Positions 41,167 to 51,731 of a stretch of DNA of 64,000 nt are shown piece after piece; the stretch's first letter is position 1; each line of letters begins with the position of its first letter. The stretch is from Alphaproteobacteria bacterium. GTDB taxonomy: Bacteria > Pseudomonadota > Alphaproteobacteria > UBA828. The position numbers and the translations under genes were made by a program. Location: NCBI GenBank assembly GCA_965214705.1, contig OZ243972.1, positions 2,496,001-2,560,000 on the forward strand, given 5' to 3'. The notes under the pieces are model-generated. The model did not search any database. It worked only from the letters and a program-made list of their open reading frames with translations, and was not told the DNA's origin.

Positions 41167-42222
41167 CTAGGCCTGGGTTCCGCCGATCTTGATGCGGGGG
41201 TCCATCGCGAAGTGGATCAGGTCCACGGCGAGATAGACCAGCATCGTGAAGATCGCGGCGAAGCAGACGAAGCCCTGGATCGGCGCGTAATCGGCGGTGA
41301 CGATGCCGTTGATCGCGTACTGGCCGAGCCCGACGTAGTTGAACACCCGCTCGACCAGGACCGCGCCGCCGAGCAGGAACATCACCACCACGCCCGTGAT
41401 CACCAGCGTCGGGCCGGCGGCGACCCGCGCGGCGCGCGTGAGCACGATCCTGGGGGCAAGGCCCACGGCCTCCGCATAGGTCGTGTAGTCGGCCTTGAGC
41501 GCGCCTTCCATCTGGCTGCGCAGCATCTTGAAGATCGGCGCGCCGTAGACGAAGGCCAGCGTGAAGACCGGCATGATCAGGTGCATGAAGCCCGACCAGA
41601 AAATCTCGAAGTCGCCCGCGATCAGCGAGTCGATCAGGATCGAGCCGGTCACGAAGGGCGGCTCGAAGTCCAGGATGCCGAGCCGTCCCTCCGGCCCCGG
41701 CAATATCTCCGCCGGCATCAGCCCCGCGGCGCCCGCAAACAGGAAGAAGATCAGCACCAGGCCAAGCAGGAAGTCCGGCAGCGCGCCGGCCAGCATGCCG
41801 TAGCCGAAGGTGAGGTTCTGGAAGATCCGCACGATCCAGTTCCGGGTGCGGCTCGCGGTGATGATCGCGAGCGGAACCAGCACCACGAAGACGACGAGCA
41901 GCGCGAGGAAGATGAGCTCCAGGGTCACCGGAATGCGGTGAACCAGATCGTCGATCACCTCGGTGTTGTTGACCCAGGACTCGCCGAGATCGCCCTGAAA
42001 GGCGTTCTCCAGCCAGATCAGGTATTGCTCGGGGATCGGCCGGTCCAGGTACATCTTGGCACGTAGCGCCTCGACCGAGGATTCGGGCGCGAGCGGCCCA
42101 AGCGAAAGGCGCGCCGGATCGCCCGGCAGCAAGCGCACCAGCACGAAGGTGATGAACGAGATCAGAAAGACCTGGGGAATCAGGAAGAGAAAGCGGCGCC
42201 CGATATAGAGTGCGAGCCGCAT
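41167..42222 (-). CDS. Dpp/Opp ABC transporter permease (DppB-like)
   Basis: LPGDPA, LDRPIPEQY, GDLGES, VLVERVF...GLG, DPR. Confidence 0.92.
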   Translation of the reverse strand: MRLALYIGRRFLFLIPQVFLISFITFVLVRLLPGDPARLSLGPLAPESSVEALRAKMYLDRPIPEQYLIWLENAFQGDLGESWVNNTEVIDDLVHRIPVTLELIFLALLVVFVVLVPLAIITASRTRNWIVRIFQNLTFGYGMLAGALPDFLLGLVLIFFLFAGAAGLMPAEILPGPEGRLGILDFEPPFVTGSILIDSLIAGDFEIFWSGFMHLIMPVFTLAFVYGAPIFKMLRSQMEGALKADYTTYAEAVGLAPRIVLTRAARVAAGPTLVITGVVVMFLLGGAVLVERVFNYVGLGQYAINGIVTADYAPIQGFVCFAAIFTMLVYLAVDLIHFAMDPRIKIGGTQA

Positions 42223-42299
42223 GGCCGCGCCCGCCTAGCCCGTGACGCCGCGCCCGGCGGACGCGTCACGCGCCGCCGAAGCCACGGGCCGGTACGAAA

Positions 42300-42332
42300 G
42301 CCGGGGCGGCGGGGGGAACCCGCCGCCCCGGC
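42300..42332 (-). terminator. Strong hairpin downstream of the substrate-binding protein gene
   Basis: GCCGGGGCGGCGGG-GGGAA-CCCGCCGCCCCGGC; no U tract, so possibly an mRNA-stabilising stem. Confidence 0.55.
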
Positions 42333-42382
42333 CGGGCGCCTTCATCGGCGCTCGTCCCGAGGGACGCTCTACAGCAGCCCCA

Positions 42383-44050
42383 TCAGTCGGCGATGCTCAT
42401 TTCCGCCACGTGGTAGTACTGAGTTGTGTACCAGCGGAAGTTGCTGACCTTCCGCGAGAGGCCGACGGCGAAGTAGTGCTCGCCGATCCAGCCCAGCGGG
42501 GCCTGGTCGTGGATATGCTCCTGGATCCCGGCGTGCGCCGCAATGCGCGCCTCCGCATCCACCACGCCCTGGCCGTCCTGCAGCACCTGGTCGACCAGCG
42601 GGTCGGAGAAGTTGTGGTAGTTGACCAGCGCGTTGGTCGGCCACACCAGCTTCAGCGCGTAGTTGATGTCGGGCTGAATCGGCATGTCCGTCCACAGCGC
42701 GAGCGAGCCCTGCTTGCTCATCACGTTATCCGAGTTCGCAGCGGTCGGCAGCTTCCTCAGCGAGAGATTGATGCCGGCCTTCTTGAAGTCGCTCTGCAGC
42801 AGGACGCCGATCGATTCCATCGCCGCCACGGCCGCGTCGAACGAGAGCTCGGCGTCGAAGCCGTCGGGATAACCTGCCTCGGCGAGCAACGCCTTGGCCT
42901 TCTCCGGGTTGAAGTCGTACTTCATGTGCTGCTCGTAGCCCGGATAGGTGCTCGGCATCACGCCTTGCCACGCGTTCATCATGCCGTGGTAGATGTCGCG
43001 AATGATCGCCTCCTGGTTGATGAGGTGATTCATCGCCTGGCGCACCTTCACGTTGTCGTAGGGCGGCAGCGTGTTGTTGATCATCATCCACATGGATTGG
43101 TTGCCGCGTACCGCAACGCCGCGCGCATTCGGATCGTCAGCGAGCGCCACGATCTCGTCCGGCGACAGTCCCTCGGCCATGTGCACCTTGCCCTGCTTGA
43201 GCAGCGCGACGCGGTTGGCCGATTCCGGCACCACCAGATAGATGATGCGCTTGATCTCCGGCGCACCGCGCCAGTAGTTCTCGTTGGCCTCCATGACGAC
43301 CCGCTTGCCGGCGGTCCATTCGATCACCCGGTAGCCGCCGAAGCCGCCGCCGTTGGTCGCGACCCACTTGTCGCCCCAGGGGTCCTCCTCCGTGGCGTGG
43401 CTCATGATCTCGGTGCTATCGAGCCAGGCGTTGTAGTAGTTGGTCAGCCCCTTGCAGGCGAGCGGCATGGGCCGGGACGAAGTGAGCTCGACGGTATAAT
43501 CGTCGATCTTCGCGTAGCCGCCGCTCTCCGGCGGGTCGATGGTCTGACCCGGCATGCTGAGCAGGAACTCGAGGAAGTTGTTGATCGCCTGCGTGGCCTT
43601 GCCGCGCTCGATCCGCCAGAGCACGTCGTCGGCGGTGAACTCGTTGCCCCAGGGCGAGATCACGCCCTTGCGCAGGTGATAGACGGCGCGCAGGCCATCC
43701 GGCTCCATCTCGCACTTCTCGATGATGCCCGGCACCAGAGTCTTCTGGCCCATGTAGTCGGGATACATGAAGCCCGGAATAGTGGAGGGGTCCCAGGCGT
43801 CGCCGGTCGAGAAGGGGAAGTCGATCGACTCCCAATTCATCCCGTCCTCGAACACCTGCGCGCCCATGCTCCAGGTCTGCGGGCTCACATGCTTGTCGAG
43901 GTCGATGCCCTGCGGCAGGGCGCCGATGGCGATCACCATCGTGTCCTGATTTGCGGCGGCCGGCTTCGGCGGCGCCGCTGCCACCAGCGCGGCGAGCGCT
44001 GCCGTGGCCGCGACCGCGAGGCCGCGTCTTGTGATGTCACCCAAGGTCAT
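42383..44050 (-). CDS. ABC substrate-binding protein, family 5, with a Tat-like signal
   Basis: ITRRGL signal, LRKGV...GNEFTADDV, KVRQAM, FNPEKAKALLAEAGYPDGF. Confidence 0.9.
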   Translation of the reverse strand: MTLGDITRRGLAVAATAALAALVAAAPPKPAAANQDTMVIAIGALPQGIDLDKHVSPQTWSMGAQVFEDGMNWESIDFPFSTGDAWDPSTIPGFMYPDYMGQKTLVPGIIEKCEMEPDGLRAVYHLRKGVISPWGNEFTADDVLWRIERGKATQAINNFLEFLLSMPGQTIDPPESGGYAKIDDYTVELTSSRPMPLACKGLTNYYNAWLDSTEIMSHATEEDPWGDKWVATNGGGFGGYRVIEWTAGKRVVMEANENYWRGAPEIKRIIYLVVPESANRVALLKQGKVHMAEGLSPDEIVALADDPNARGVAVRGNQSMWMMINNTLPPYDNVKVRQAMNHLINQEAIIRDIYHGMMNAWQGVMPSTYPGYEQHMKYDFNPEKAKALLAEAGYPDGFDAELSFDAAVAAMESIGVLLQSDFKKAGINLSLRKLPTAANSDNVMSKQGSLALWTDMPIQPDINYALKLVWPTNALVNYHNFSDPLVDQVLQDGQGVVDAEARIAAHAGIQEHIHDQAPLGWIGEHYFAVGLSRKVSNFRWYTTQYYHVAEMSIAD

Positions 44051-44218
44051 GTCGTCTCTCCTCAGTCTCCCTCTGCGCCGCAGGGTCGGCCCGCGCGCGC
44101 GGGTGCGCGCGTCGCGGCACGCGGCCGGATATTAGAAGAAAATTGAAACAAGCGCTCGTTCAAATTTTGCCGAGAGCGCATTCCGACGCCAGGCCCGCGA
44201 ATCGGGCGCAGCGATGCG

Positions 44219-45199
44219 CTACGCAGCACCGCGCGCGTCCGCCATCGAGGCCGCCACGTCGTCCCAGCGCCGGCAGGCGGAGTAGTGCACCGCCTCCACC
44301 TCCACCAGCGGCGGCACCGCGTCGCGGCAAGCGTCTTCGCGGATCGGGCAGCGGCCGTAGAGCGGGCACTCGGGCTTCGGGTTGATCGCCGTCGGAATCT
44401 CGCCCTCGATCACGTAGGGGTCGGGCCGGCGGTGCGGATCGGGGAACAGCACGGCGGAGAGCAGGGCGCGGCTATAAGGATGGCGCTGGCTCTCCATGAT
44501 GATCTCGGTCGGCGCGTGCTCGACGATGTGGCCGAGATACATGATCGCGATGCGATGGCTGATCTTCGCGACCGAGGTCAGGTCGTGGGAGATGAAGATG
44601 TAGGCGGTCTCGGTCTCGTTCTGGATCGCCTTGAGCAGATCCAGGATCTCGGCCCGCGCCGAGGGGTCGAGCATGGAGGTCGGCTCGTCGAGCATCACGA
44701 ACTCGGGCTCCGTGACTAGCGCGCGCGCGATCCCCACACGCTGTTGCTCGCTCGCGGTGAGGTCGGCCGGGTAGTAGGTGAAGACCTCGCTGCCGAGGCC
44801 CACGCGCTCCAGCATCGCGGCCACGCGGGGTCTGCGCTCGGCCCGCCCCACGCCGTGCAGCGCCAGCGGCTCGTCCACGGTTTGATAAACGGTGAGTCTG
44901 GGATTGAGGGAGCCGAAGGGGTCCTGGAAGACGAGCTGCATTCGCGCCCTGAGCGCCCTGAGCCCCGCCGGGTCGAGCTCGCTGATCTCCTGGTCGCCGA
45001 GGGCGATGCGCCCCTCGGTAGGCTCGATCAGGCGGAGTACGCAGCGGCCGACCGTGGTCTTGCCCGAGCCACTCTCGCCGACCAGGCCCAGCGTCTCGCC
45101 ACGCTCCAGCGTGAACGAGACGTTGTTGACCGCGATCAGGTCCTCGTCCTTGCCGACCGTGAATATCTTGGTCAGGTTTTCGACCGTGAGCAGCGCCAC
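44219..45199 (-). CDS. Dpp/Opp ABC ATPase (DppF-like)
   Basis: [31 protein letters not shown]-terminal Cys cluster. Confidence 0.93.
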   Translation of the reverse strand: MALLTVENLTKIFTVGKDEDLIAVNNVSFTLERGETLGLVGESGSGKTTVGRCVLRLIEPTEGRIALGDQEISELDPAGLRALRARMQLVFQDPFGSLNPRLTVYQTVDEPLALHGVGRAERRPRVAAMLERVGLGSEVFTYYPADLTASEQQRVGIARALVTEPEFVMLDEPTSMLDPSARAEILDLLKAIQNETETAYIFISHDLTSVAKISHRIAIMYLGHIVEHAPTEIIMESQRHPYSRALLSAVLFPDPHRRPDPYVIEGEIPTAINPKPECPLYGRCPIREDACRDAVPPLVEVEAVHYSACRRWDDVAASMADARGAA

Positions 45200-45343
45200 C
45201 GCCCCTCGTCCCCCTGCGCGGCGCGCCGCTCTCGCCGCTCGGCCGTCTCCCTATCGTAACCACCGGGTGCGGGCAAGGGCGGCGCTGCGCTCGCTCCGGT
45301 TCGCCCTTTCAAGAACCGGGTGGTTCCGGCTAAGACGGCGCCC

Positions 45344-46123
45344 ATGACCGAGCAACCCTTCACTGCCGACGAGATGATGACCGTCGCCGCGGCGCGGCTC
45401 ATCGATAACGGCACGGTGTGCTTCGTGGGCATCGGCCTGCCGAGCGCCGCTGCCAACCTCGCCCGCGCCACCCACGCGCCGGACGCCGTGCTGATCTACG
45501 AGTCCGGCACCGTCGGCGCGAAGCCCGCCGTGCTTCCGCTCTCCATCGGCGACAACGAGCTCGCCGAGACCGCCGACTTCGTGGTCTCCACCGCGGAGAT
45601 CTTTCGTTACTGGCTGCAGGGTGGGCGCATCACGGTGGGCTTCCTCGGCGCAGCGCAGATCGACCGCTTCGGCAACATCAACACGACCGTGATCGGCGAT
45701 TACGCGCAGCCCAGGACCCGGCTGCCCGGCGCCGGCGGCGCACCGGAGATCGCCGGGCTCGCCGGCGAGGTCTTCATCATCATGCGCCAGTCGAAGCGCG
45801 GCTTCGTGGACAAGGTGGAGTTCGTGACCTCGGCCGGACACCTGACCGGCGGCGACTGGCGCGAGCGCTCGGGCCTCCCCGGCCGCGGGCCCAGCACGGT
45901 CATCACCGACCTCGGCGTGCTGGAACCCCATCCCGAGAGCCGCGAGCTGGTCCTCACCCACACCCATCCGGGTGTCGCACTCGACGATGTGGTGGCCGCC
46001 ACCGGCTGGCCGCTTGCGATCGCCGACAATCTCGCCGAGACCCCGGCACCGACGGCGGACGAGCTGGGCGCCCTGCGCGGGCTGCACGAGCGCACCGCAG
46101 CCGCGCGTGCGCTCGCAGGTTAA
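45344..46123 (+). CDS. CoA-transferase beta subunit (GctB/CatJ-like)
   Basis: [34 protein letters not shown]. Confidence 0.88.
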   Translation: MTEQPFTADEMMTVAAARLIDNGTVCFVGIGLPSAAANLARATHAPDAVLIYESGTVGAKPAVLPLSIGDNELAETADFVVSTAEIFRYWLQGGRITVGFLGAAQIDRFGNINTTVIGDYAQPRTRLPGAGGAPEIAGLAGEVFIIMRQSKRGFVDKVEFVTSAGHLTGGDWRERSGLPGRGPSTVITDLGVLEPHPESRELVLTHTHPGVALDDVVAATGWPLAIADNLAETPAPTADELGALRGLHERTAAARALAG

Positions 46124-46137
46124 TCCGGCGGGGAAGA

Positions 46138-46803
46138 CTACGGAGCGAGCAGCGGGAGCGCCCGCAGCGCGGCGCAGGCGGCGCCATAGCCGTTGTCGAT
46201 GTTGACCACCATCACCCCCGGCGCACAGGAGGCGAGCATGGCCGCCATCGCGGTGGTTCCGCCCTTGGCGACGCCGTAGCCGGTGGACGTCGGCACCGCG
46301 ATCACCATGCCCGGCACCAGCCCGCCCACCACCGAGGGCAACGCGGCGTCCATGCCGGCAACCACGATGACGATGGGGAAGGCGCGGATCTCGTCGATCC
46401 GGTCCATCAGCCGCCAGAGGCCCGCGACCCCCACGTCGCCGATTTCTGCCGAAGAATGGCCGTGATAGGCGAGGGTGCGAGCGGCCTCATGGCATACCGG
46501 CTGGTCCGAGGTCCCGGCGGAGACGATCGCGACCCTCGGCGCCCCCGCAGGTGCGGCGACCGTGCCGAACACCCCGGTGCGCGACAGCGCCTCGTAGTCG
46601 ATGCGCTCAGCCAGCGCTGCAGGCAGGGCGTCGCGCTGGGCCGCGTCGAGGCGGGTCAGCAGCAGGCTCCGCTCCGCCTCCTCCGCACGCGCGAGGACGT
46701 CCGCCAGCTGCGCCGGCGTCTTGCCCGCACAGAGCACGGCCTCCTCGATGCCGATGCGCGCGCGGCGTTCCAGATCGAGGGTGATGGCGGTGGGCGTGCT
46801 CAC
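46138..46803 (-). CDS. larB: Nickel-pincer cofactor biosynthesis protein LarB
   Basis: SAGTSD, DVGVAGLWRL, AGMDAALPSVV, AVPTSTGYG, SCAPG..VVNIDNGYGAA. Confidence 0.92.
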   Translation of the reverse strand: MSTPTAITLDLERRARIGIEEAVLCAGKTPAQLADVLARAEEAERSLLLTRLDAAQRDALPAALAERIDYEALSRTGVFGTVAAPAGAPRVAIVSAGTSDQPVCHEAARTLAYHGHSSAEIGDVGVAGLWRLMDRIDEIRAFPIVIVVAGMDAALPSVVGGLVPGMVIAVPTSTGYGVAKGGTTAMAAMLASCAPGVMVVNIDNGYGAACAALRALPLLAP

Positions 46804-47630
46804 GCCGGGTGCGCGGGCCTCAGGAAGGCGCTGCCCACCCGGTAGGGCGCGAAGCTGACCGGCCGGGTCTCGTCGCCCGTGGCGAACATGCCGGCGACGG
46901 TGTCGCCGAGGGCGGCGCGGCGGCTCTCGCTCAGCGCATCGAGGGTCGGCGCGTCGAGCTCGATCACGATGCCGGCCTTGCGCCTGCGGCAGCGCACGGT
47001 CTCGGGCTCCAGCCGCCGCAGCTGGCGCGCAAGGTAACGCTCGGCGGCGTGGATCGAGGCGAGGTCGTCGGCCTCCACGCGCAGCCCGGTCTCGATGCGG
47101 CTGGAAAGGCAGGGCGCCGCCGGCAACCGCGACAGGTCGTCGAAGCCCAGATCCGCCGCGATGGCGCGGACCCCTGCCTTGTCGATGCCGGCCTCGACGA
47201 AGGGATGGCGCACGCCGTGTTCCTCGGCGGCCCTGAGCCCCGGCCGCCAGTCGCCCAGATCGTCCAGGTTCGTGCCGGAGAGCAGCGTGGCGTCGGTCCG
47301 CGCGGCGAGCGCGCCGTAGAGGTTTGTCTTGCAGTAGAAGCAGCGGTTGGCCGGGTTTGCGCGGTAGGCGGGGTCGTCGAACTCGCCCGCATCAAGGACC
47401 GTGAGCCGCCACCCCTCACGCGCGGCGAAGGCGCGCACCCGCTCGGTCGCCTCCGGCGGTACCGCCGGCGAGATGGCATGGAACATCGCGCTCTCCGCGC
47501 CCAAGCGGCGCCCGGCGAGCAGCGCCAGCGTCATGCTATCCACCCCGCCGCTGACCGCCACGGCCGCGCGGCCGATGCCGTCGAGCACAGCGCCCACCGC
47601 GTCGACACCGGGGAGCATCGGCTCAGCCAT
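46800..47630 (-). CDS. larE: ATP-dependent sulfur transferase LarE
   Basis: SGGVDS PP-loop, NRCFYCK, GTNLDDLGDWRPG, PCLSSR. Confidence 0.9.
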   Translation of the reverse strand: MAEPMLPGVDAVGAVLDGIGRAAVAVSGGVDSMTLALLAGRRLGAESAMFHAISPAVPPEATERVRAFAAREGWRLTVLDAGEFDDPAYRANPANRCFYCKTNLYGALAARTDATLLSGTNLDDLGDWRPGLRAAEEHGVRHPFVEAGIDKAGVRAIAADLGFDDLSRLPAAPCLSSRIETGLRVEADDLASIHAAERYLARQLRRLEPETVRCRRRKAGIVIELDAPTLDALSESRRAALGDTVAGMFATGDETRPVSFAPYRVGSAFLRPAHPA

Positions 47631-48891
47631 TCTTGCCCCGCCCGAGCGCCGCCGCCTCCGCGCTGCGGCGCCGCACCTCGCGCACCGTGTGGCCCGCGCT
47701 GCCCGCGAGGTCGTCGAGCTCCGCCTTGGCGGTCACGGTGCCCGCCGGCCGGCGCGCGCGCTTCACCCGGACCGTGCCGAGCGCATCGGCATGGGTCGCC
47801 GTGTCCCGCGCAAGCGCGCTGCGGAAAACTTTGGACCAGCGCACGCCGAGCGTGGTGGTCTCGTCGAAGACCGCATCGAGCGCGCCGTCGAGCGCGTCTT
47901 CCTCGGCAAGCACCTGAATCGCAGCTACCAGGCGGCCCTTCTTGCCGTAGGCCGGCCACTGTAGGACATCGAGAATGCCCGGCCGCGCCCGCAGGCGGTC
48001 GAGGCCGAGCGCCAGGTCCTCGGGCGTCTGGTCGTCGATCTCGAAGCGCAGCACCGCGACCTGTTCCTGCTCGGCCACCGGCGCGATGGGTGCGAACTCC
48101 AGGACGCGCAACACGTTGCTGAGGCCCGGCAGGGTCCGGCTGCCGAAGCCGGTGCCGACACCCGCCAGCGTTTCCGGCTCCCCGGACGCCACCTGGGCCG
48201 GCTCGAGATGCTTCAGAATTGCCGCGCCGGTGGGCGTCACCCGCTCGCCCTCGATACCGTCGTCGTAGGTGGCGAGCCCCTGCAGAAGATGGACCACCGC
48301 GGGCGCCGGCACCGGCAGCAGGCCGTGGGCGCAGCGCACCCGGCCCGAGCCGAGAGGAATGGCGCCCACCGACCAGCGCGCCGGGCCCAACGCCTCGATC
48401 AAGTGCGCGGCGGCGACGATATCGACAGTCGAGTCCCAGGCACCTACCTCGTGGAAGGTGACTTCCGCCGGGTCCATCCCATGCACCGCGCCCTCGGCCT
48501 CGGCAAGCAGCGTGAAGATCGCGAGCGCTCGCTTGCGCATGGCAGGTTTGATGCGGGCGGCCTTCAGCCGCGCGCGCACATCCGCCAGCCGCACGTGGCC
48601 ATGGCCCTCGTCTTCGGGCGCCGTCACCGTGAAGCGCATGCCGGTGAGCGCTGCGTCCCCGCACGGGTCGATCGCGATCTCCACCGAGGGAGGCGGCTGG
48701 AGCGCAACGAGCGCACGCCACAATCCGTCGGCCAACTCCGGCCGGGCGTCGAGCAGCGCCGCGGCGAACATGTCGCCGGCGATGCCACCCACCGGATCCA
48801 GGTGAAAGCGGGGCAGGCGGGCGGGAGCGGCCGAGCCCTCCGATACGTCCGTATCCGCGTCCGTCGCTGCGGGGGGCGGAGCGTCGTCCAT
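47623..48891 (-). CDS. larC: Nickel insertase LarC
   Basis: GIAGDM, AEG.VHG...FHEVGA.D, HGLLPVPAPA, TPTGAA, IDD, KKGR, TTTLGVR. Confidence 0.92.
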   Translation of the reverse strand: MDDAPPPAATDADTDVSEGSAAPARLPRFHLDPVGGIAGDMFAAALLDARPELADGLWRALVALQPPPSVEIAIDPCGDAALTGMRFTVTAPEDEGHGHVRLADVRARLKAARIKPAMRKRALAIFTLLAEAEGAVHGMDPAEVTFHEVGAWDSTVDIVAAAHLIEALGPARWSVGAIPLGSGRVRCAHGLLPVPAPAVVHLLQGLATYDDGIEGERVTPTGAAILKHLEPAQVASGEPETLAGVGTGFGSRTLPGLSNVLRVLEFAPIAPVAEQEQVAVLRFEIDDQTPEDLALGLDRLRARPGILDVLQWPAYGKKGRLVAAIQVLAEEDALDGALDAVFDETTTLGVRWSKVFRSALARDTATHADALGTVRVKRARRPAGTVTAKAELDDLAGSAGHTVREVRRRSAEAAALGRGKNG

Positions 48892-48898
48892 GCGAGCG

Positions 48899-49690
48899 CT
48901 ACTCTCCCTTGAAGGCCGGCTTGCGTTTTTCGGCGAAGGAGGCCACGCCTTCCGCGAAGTCGGCCGATGAGCGCAGCCTACCATAGGCCTCGCCTTCGAG
49001 GGCGATGGCCACGCTGAGCGGCGCGTCCTCCGCCGCGTTGAGGAGCTTCTTCGCGGTGCGCTGGGCGAGCGGCGAGAAGGCCTTGAGCTCGTCCACCAGG
49101 GCATCGGTCGCGTCCGCAAGCCCGTCTTCGGGCACGCAGTCGAGCGCGATGCCCCAGGCGTGCGCCTCCGGGCCCGGCAGCCGCCTTGCCCGCATCACCA
49201 GGTCCTTGGTGCGTCCGATACCGATCATCCGCGCGAGCCGGGCCGAGCCGCCGGAGCCCGGAATCATGCCGATGCGCTGCTCCGGCAGGCCGAGCAGCGC
49301 GTTCTCGGTGACGATGCGAAAGTCGCAGGCGAGCGAAAGCTCGAAGGCGACGCCGAAGCAGTAGCCGTGGATCGCCGCGATCACCGGCTGGCAGCAACGC
49401 TCGGGCGCAGCCACGTTGCGCGCCAGCACCGCGAGCTGCTCCGGCGTGCGCGTCATGAAGCCCGGAATGTCGCCGCCGCTGGAGAAGTGCTTGCCCCGCG
49501 CCCGCAGCACGATCACGCGCACGCCTTCATCGGCGTCGAGCGCGGCGAAGACGGCGGCAAGCTGGTCCCGCTGCGGCATGCTCACGACGTTGAGCGGCGG
49601 GCGGTCGAGCACGATGTCGGCGCGCGCCGCCGCGCGGTCCACCTCCACGCGGAAGCCGTCGAGATCGTCGTAAGGACCACCGGTCGTCAC
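48899..49690 (-). CDS. hmfE: Crotonase-family protein, HmfE-like (2-oxoglutaroyl-CoA hydrolase)
   Basis: FSSGGDI, GYCFG...ELSLACDFR, LPEQRIG.IPGSGG; position in an ABCDE-type gene order. Confidence 0.7.
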   Translation of the reverse strand: MTTGGPYDDLDGFRVEVDRAAARADIVLDRPPLNVVSMPQRDQLAAVFAALDADEGVRVIVLRARGKHFSSGGDIPGFMTRTPEQLAVLARNVAAPERCCQPVIAAIHGYCFGVAFELSLACDFRIVTENALLGLPEQRIGMIPGSGGSARLARMIGIGRTKDLVMRARRLPGPEAHAWGIALDCVPEDGLADATDALVDELKAFSPLAQRTAKKLLNAAEDAPLSVAIALEGEAYGRLRSSADFAEGVASFAEKRKPAFKGE

Positions 49691-51231
49691 GCGCTTCTCC
49701 TGACCTCGGACTCTTCGTCTTCCTCGTACTCGCCCGCGATCAGCAGGCGGCGCAGCACCTTGCCTACCGGCGACTTCGGGATCGCGCGAACGAAGACGTA
49801 CGCGCGCGGCCGCTTGAAATCGGCCAGTGTCGAAGCGCGGCAGTGGGCGTCCAATGCCTCGGCATCTACCGGGCCGCTCCGCACCACGAAGGCCGCGACC
49901 TGTTGCCCCCAGCGCTCGTTCGCGAGCCCCGCCACCGCTGCTTCCGCCACCGCCGGGTGGACCGAGAGCACGCTCTCGATCTCGGCGGGCAGCACGTTCT
50001 CGCCGCCGGTGATGATCATGTCGTCGACCCGGCCCGTCACGAAAAGATCGCCGTCGGCGTCGCAATAGCCGACATCGCCGGTGAAATACCAGCCTTGCTT
50101 CAGCGCGCGGGCGTCCGCATCCGGCCGCTGCCAGTAGCCCGCGAAGGCCTCCTCGCTCTCCAGGCTCGCGATCACCTCGCCTTCCACGCCCGCGCCGACG
50201 GTACGCTCGGGATCGTCCGTGCCGATCTCCACCACGCGGATGCGCTGGTTGATGCCGGCCTTGCCCGCCGAGCCCGGCTTGGCCGCCGCGTTCTGGTCGA
50301 TGGTGAAGGAGTAGATCTCCGACGAGCCGTAGTGGTTGACGAAGAGCTCGGGCCGGAAGGCGCTTTCGGCCCGACGCAGCAGTCCCTCGGCCATCGGAGC
50401 CCCGGCGAAACCCAATTTGCGCGCCGAGGAGACATCTGCGCTGGCGAACTCCGGGCTTTCCAGCAGGTCGTAGTAGAGCGTCGGCACCAGATAGAGGCAG
50501 GTTAGCCGCTCGGCCTCGATCAGCCGGAGCGCGCCGGCCGCATCAAAGCGGTGCTGGCAGACGAAGGCGCCACCCACCGGCGCCATCGCGAGCAGCGAGC
50601 GCACGCCCATGGTGTGGTAGAGCGGCATCACGCCCAGGGTGCGCTCGCCCGGGCGGTAGCAATTCTGCGCGATGTGGGCCAGCGCCGCCGCGCGCTCTGC
50701 GCGATGCGTGCGCGGCACGCCCTTGCCGCGCCCGGTGGTGCCGGAGGTGTAGAGCATGAGCGAGAGGTCGTTCTCGCTGGCATTAGGTGCGGACTCCGCC
50801 GGCGCCGTCAGCAGCTCGCCGAAATCGACCGTGCCTCCGGTCGCGTCGCCGGCCGCGATGCGGCGCAGTCGGGCCGAGCGGGTGGAACCCGCGACGGCAT
50901 CGACGGCGGACTCGTCGAAGGCCAGCGCTGCCGCGCCCGAATCCTCCAGAAAGTAATCCAGCTCGTCGGCGGTGCTCCGCCAGTTGAGCGGCACCACGAC
51001 AACGCCCGCAAGCTGGCAGGCCCAGTGCAGTGCCGCCATCTGCCACCGGTTCTGCATGATGACTGCGAGCCGGTCGCCGCGCCCGAGCCCCAGGCCGCCG
51101 AGGCCCGCGGCGAGGCGCGCGGCCGTATCGAGCCACGCGGCGTAATCGAAGCGCCGCGCGCCATCGACGACGGCGAGCGCACGCGGGTTCCGCTCCGCCG
51201 CCGCGATTAACGTGCGGCCCAGGTCGGTCAT
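49687..51231 (-). CDS. hmfD: Acyl-CoA ligase, HmfD-like (2-furoyl-CoA synthetase)
   Basis: YTSGTTGRGKG, NHYGSSE, YFTGD, GRVDDMIITGGEN, PKSPVGK. Confidence 0.72.
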   Translation of the reverse strand: MTDLGRTLIAAAERNPRALAVVDGARRFDYAAWLDTAARLAAGLGGLGLGRGDRLAVIMQNRWQMAALHWACQLAGVVVVPLNWRSTADELDYFLEDSGAAALAFDESAVDAVAGSTRSARLRRIAAGDATGGTVDFGELLTAPAESAPNASENDLSLMLYTSGTTGRGKGVPRTHRAERAAALAHIAQNCYRPGERTLGVMPLYHTMGVRSLLAMAPVGGAFVCQHRFDAAGALRLIEAERLTCLYLVPTLYYDLLESPEFASADVSSARKLGFAGAPMAEGLLRRAESAFRPELFVNHYGSSEIYSFTIDQNAAAKPGSAGKAGINQRIRVVEIGTDDPERTVGAGVEGEVIASLESEEAFAGYWQRPDADARALKQGWYFTGDVGYCDADGDLFVTGRVDDMIITGGENVLPAEIESVLSVHPAVAEAAVAGLANERWGQQVAAFVVRSGPVDAEALDAHCRASTLADFKRPRAYVFVRAIPKSPVGKVLRRLLIAGEYEEDEESEVRRSA

Positions 51232-51731
51232 GAGTCATTCCCGCGCTGCCGCGCCTCCGCAGCGTCGAGTGCGGCCGCGACGATCCCGGTATAGCCGGTG
51301 CAACGGCAGAGGTGGCCGCTGAGCAGCGCCCGGACTTCGCCTTCGTCGGGCGCCGGCCGGCTTTCGAGCCAGGCGTCGAGGGACATCAGGATGCCGGCGG
51401 TGCAGAAGCCGCATTGCAGCGCGTGGTGGCGGCGGAACGCCGCCTGCAGGTCGTTCAGCTCACCGTTGGGGGCGAGACCCTCCACCGTGTCCACGCGCCG
51501 GCCGTCGGCCTGCACCGCGAGCGTCAGGCAGGCGCGCACCGGGGCGCCGTCGAGGCGCACGGTGCAGGCGCCGCAGACCCCGTGCTCGCAGCCGACATGG
51601 GTGCCGGTGGCGCCCAGCTCGTGGCGCAGAAAGTCGCTCAGCAGCATGCGCGGCTCGGCCCAGCCGCTCGCCTCGCAGCCATTGAGGGTGAGCCCGACCC
51701 GATGGCGGCTCTCCGCGTCGAGCCGCTTCAT
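51228..51731 (-). CDS. hmfC: Molybdenum hydroxylase [2Fe-2S] subunit, HmfC-like
   Basis: GCEHGVCGAC, QCGFC, LCRCTGY. Confidence 0.75.
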   Translation of the reverse strand: MKRLDAESRHRVGLTLNGCEASGWAEPRMLLSDFLRHELGATGTHVGCEHGVCGACTVRLDGAPVRACLTLAVQADGRRVDTVEGLAPNGELNDLQAAFRRHHALQCGFCTAGILMSLDAWLESRPAPDEGEVRALLSGHLCRCTGYTGIVAAALDAAEARQRGNDS

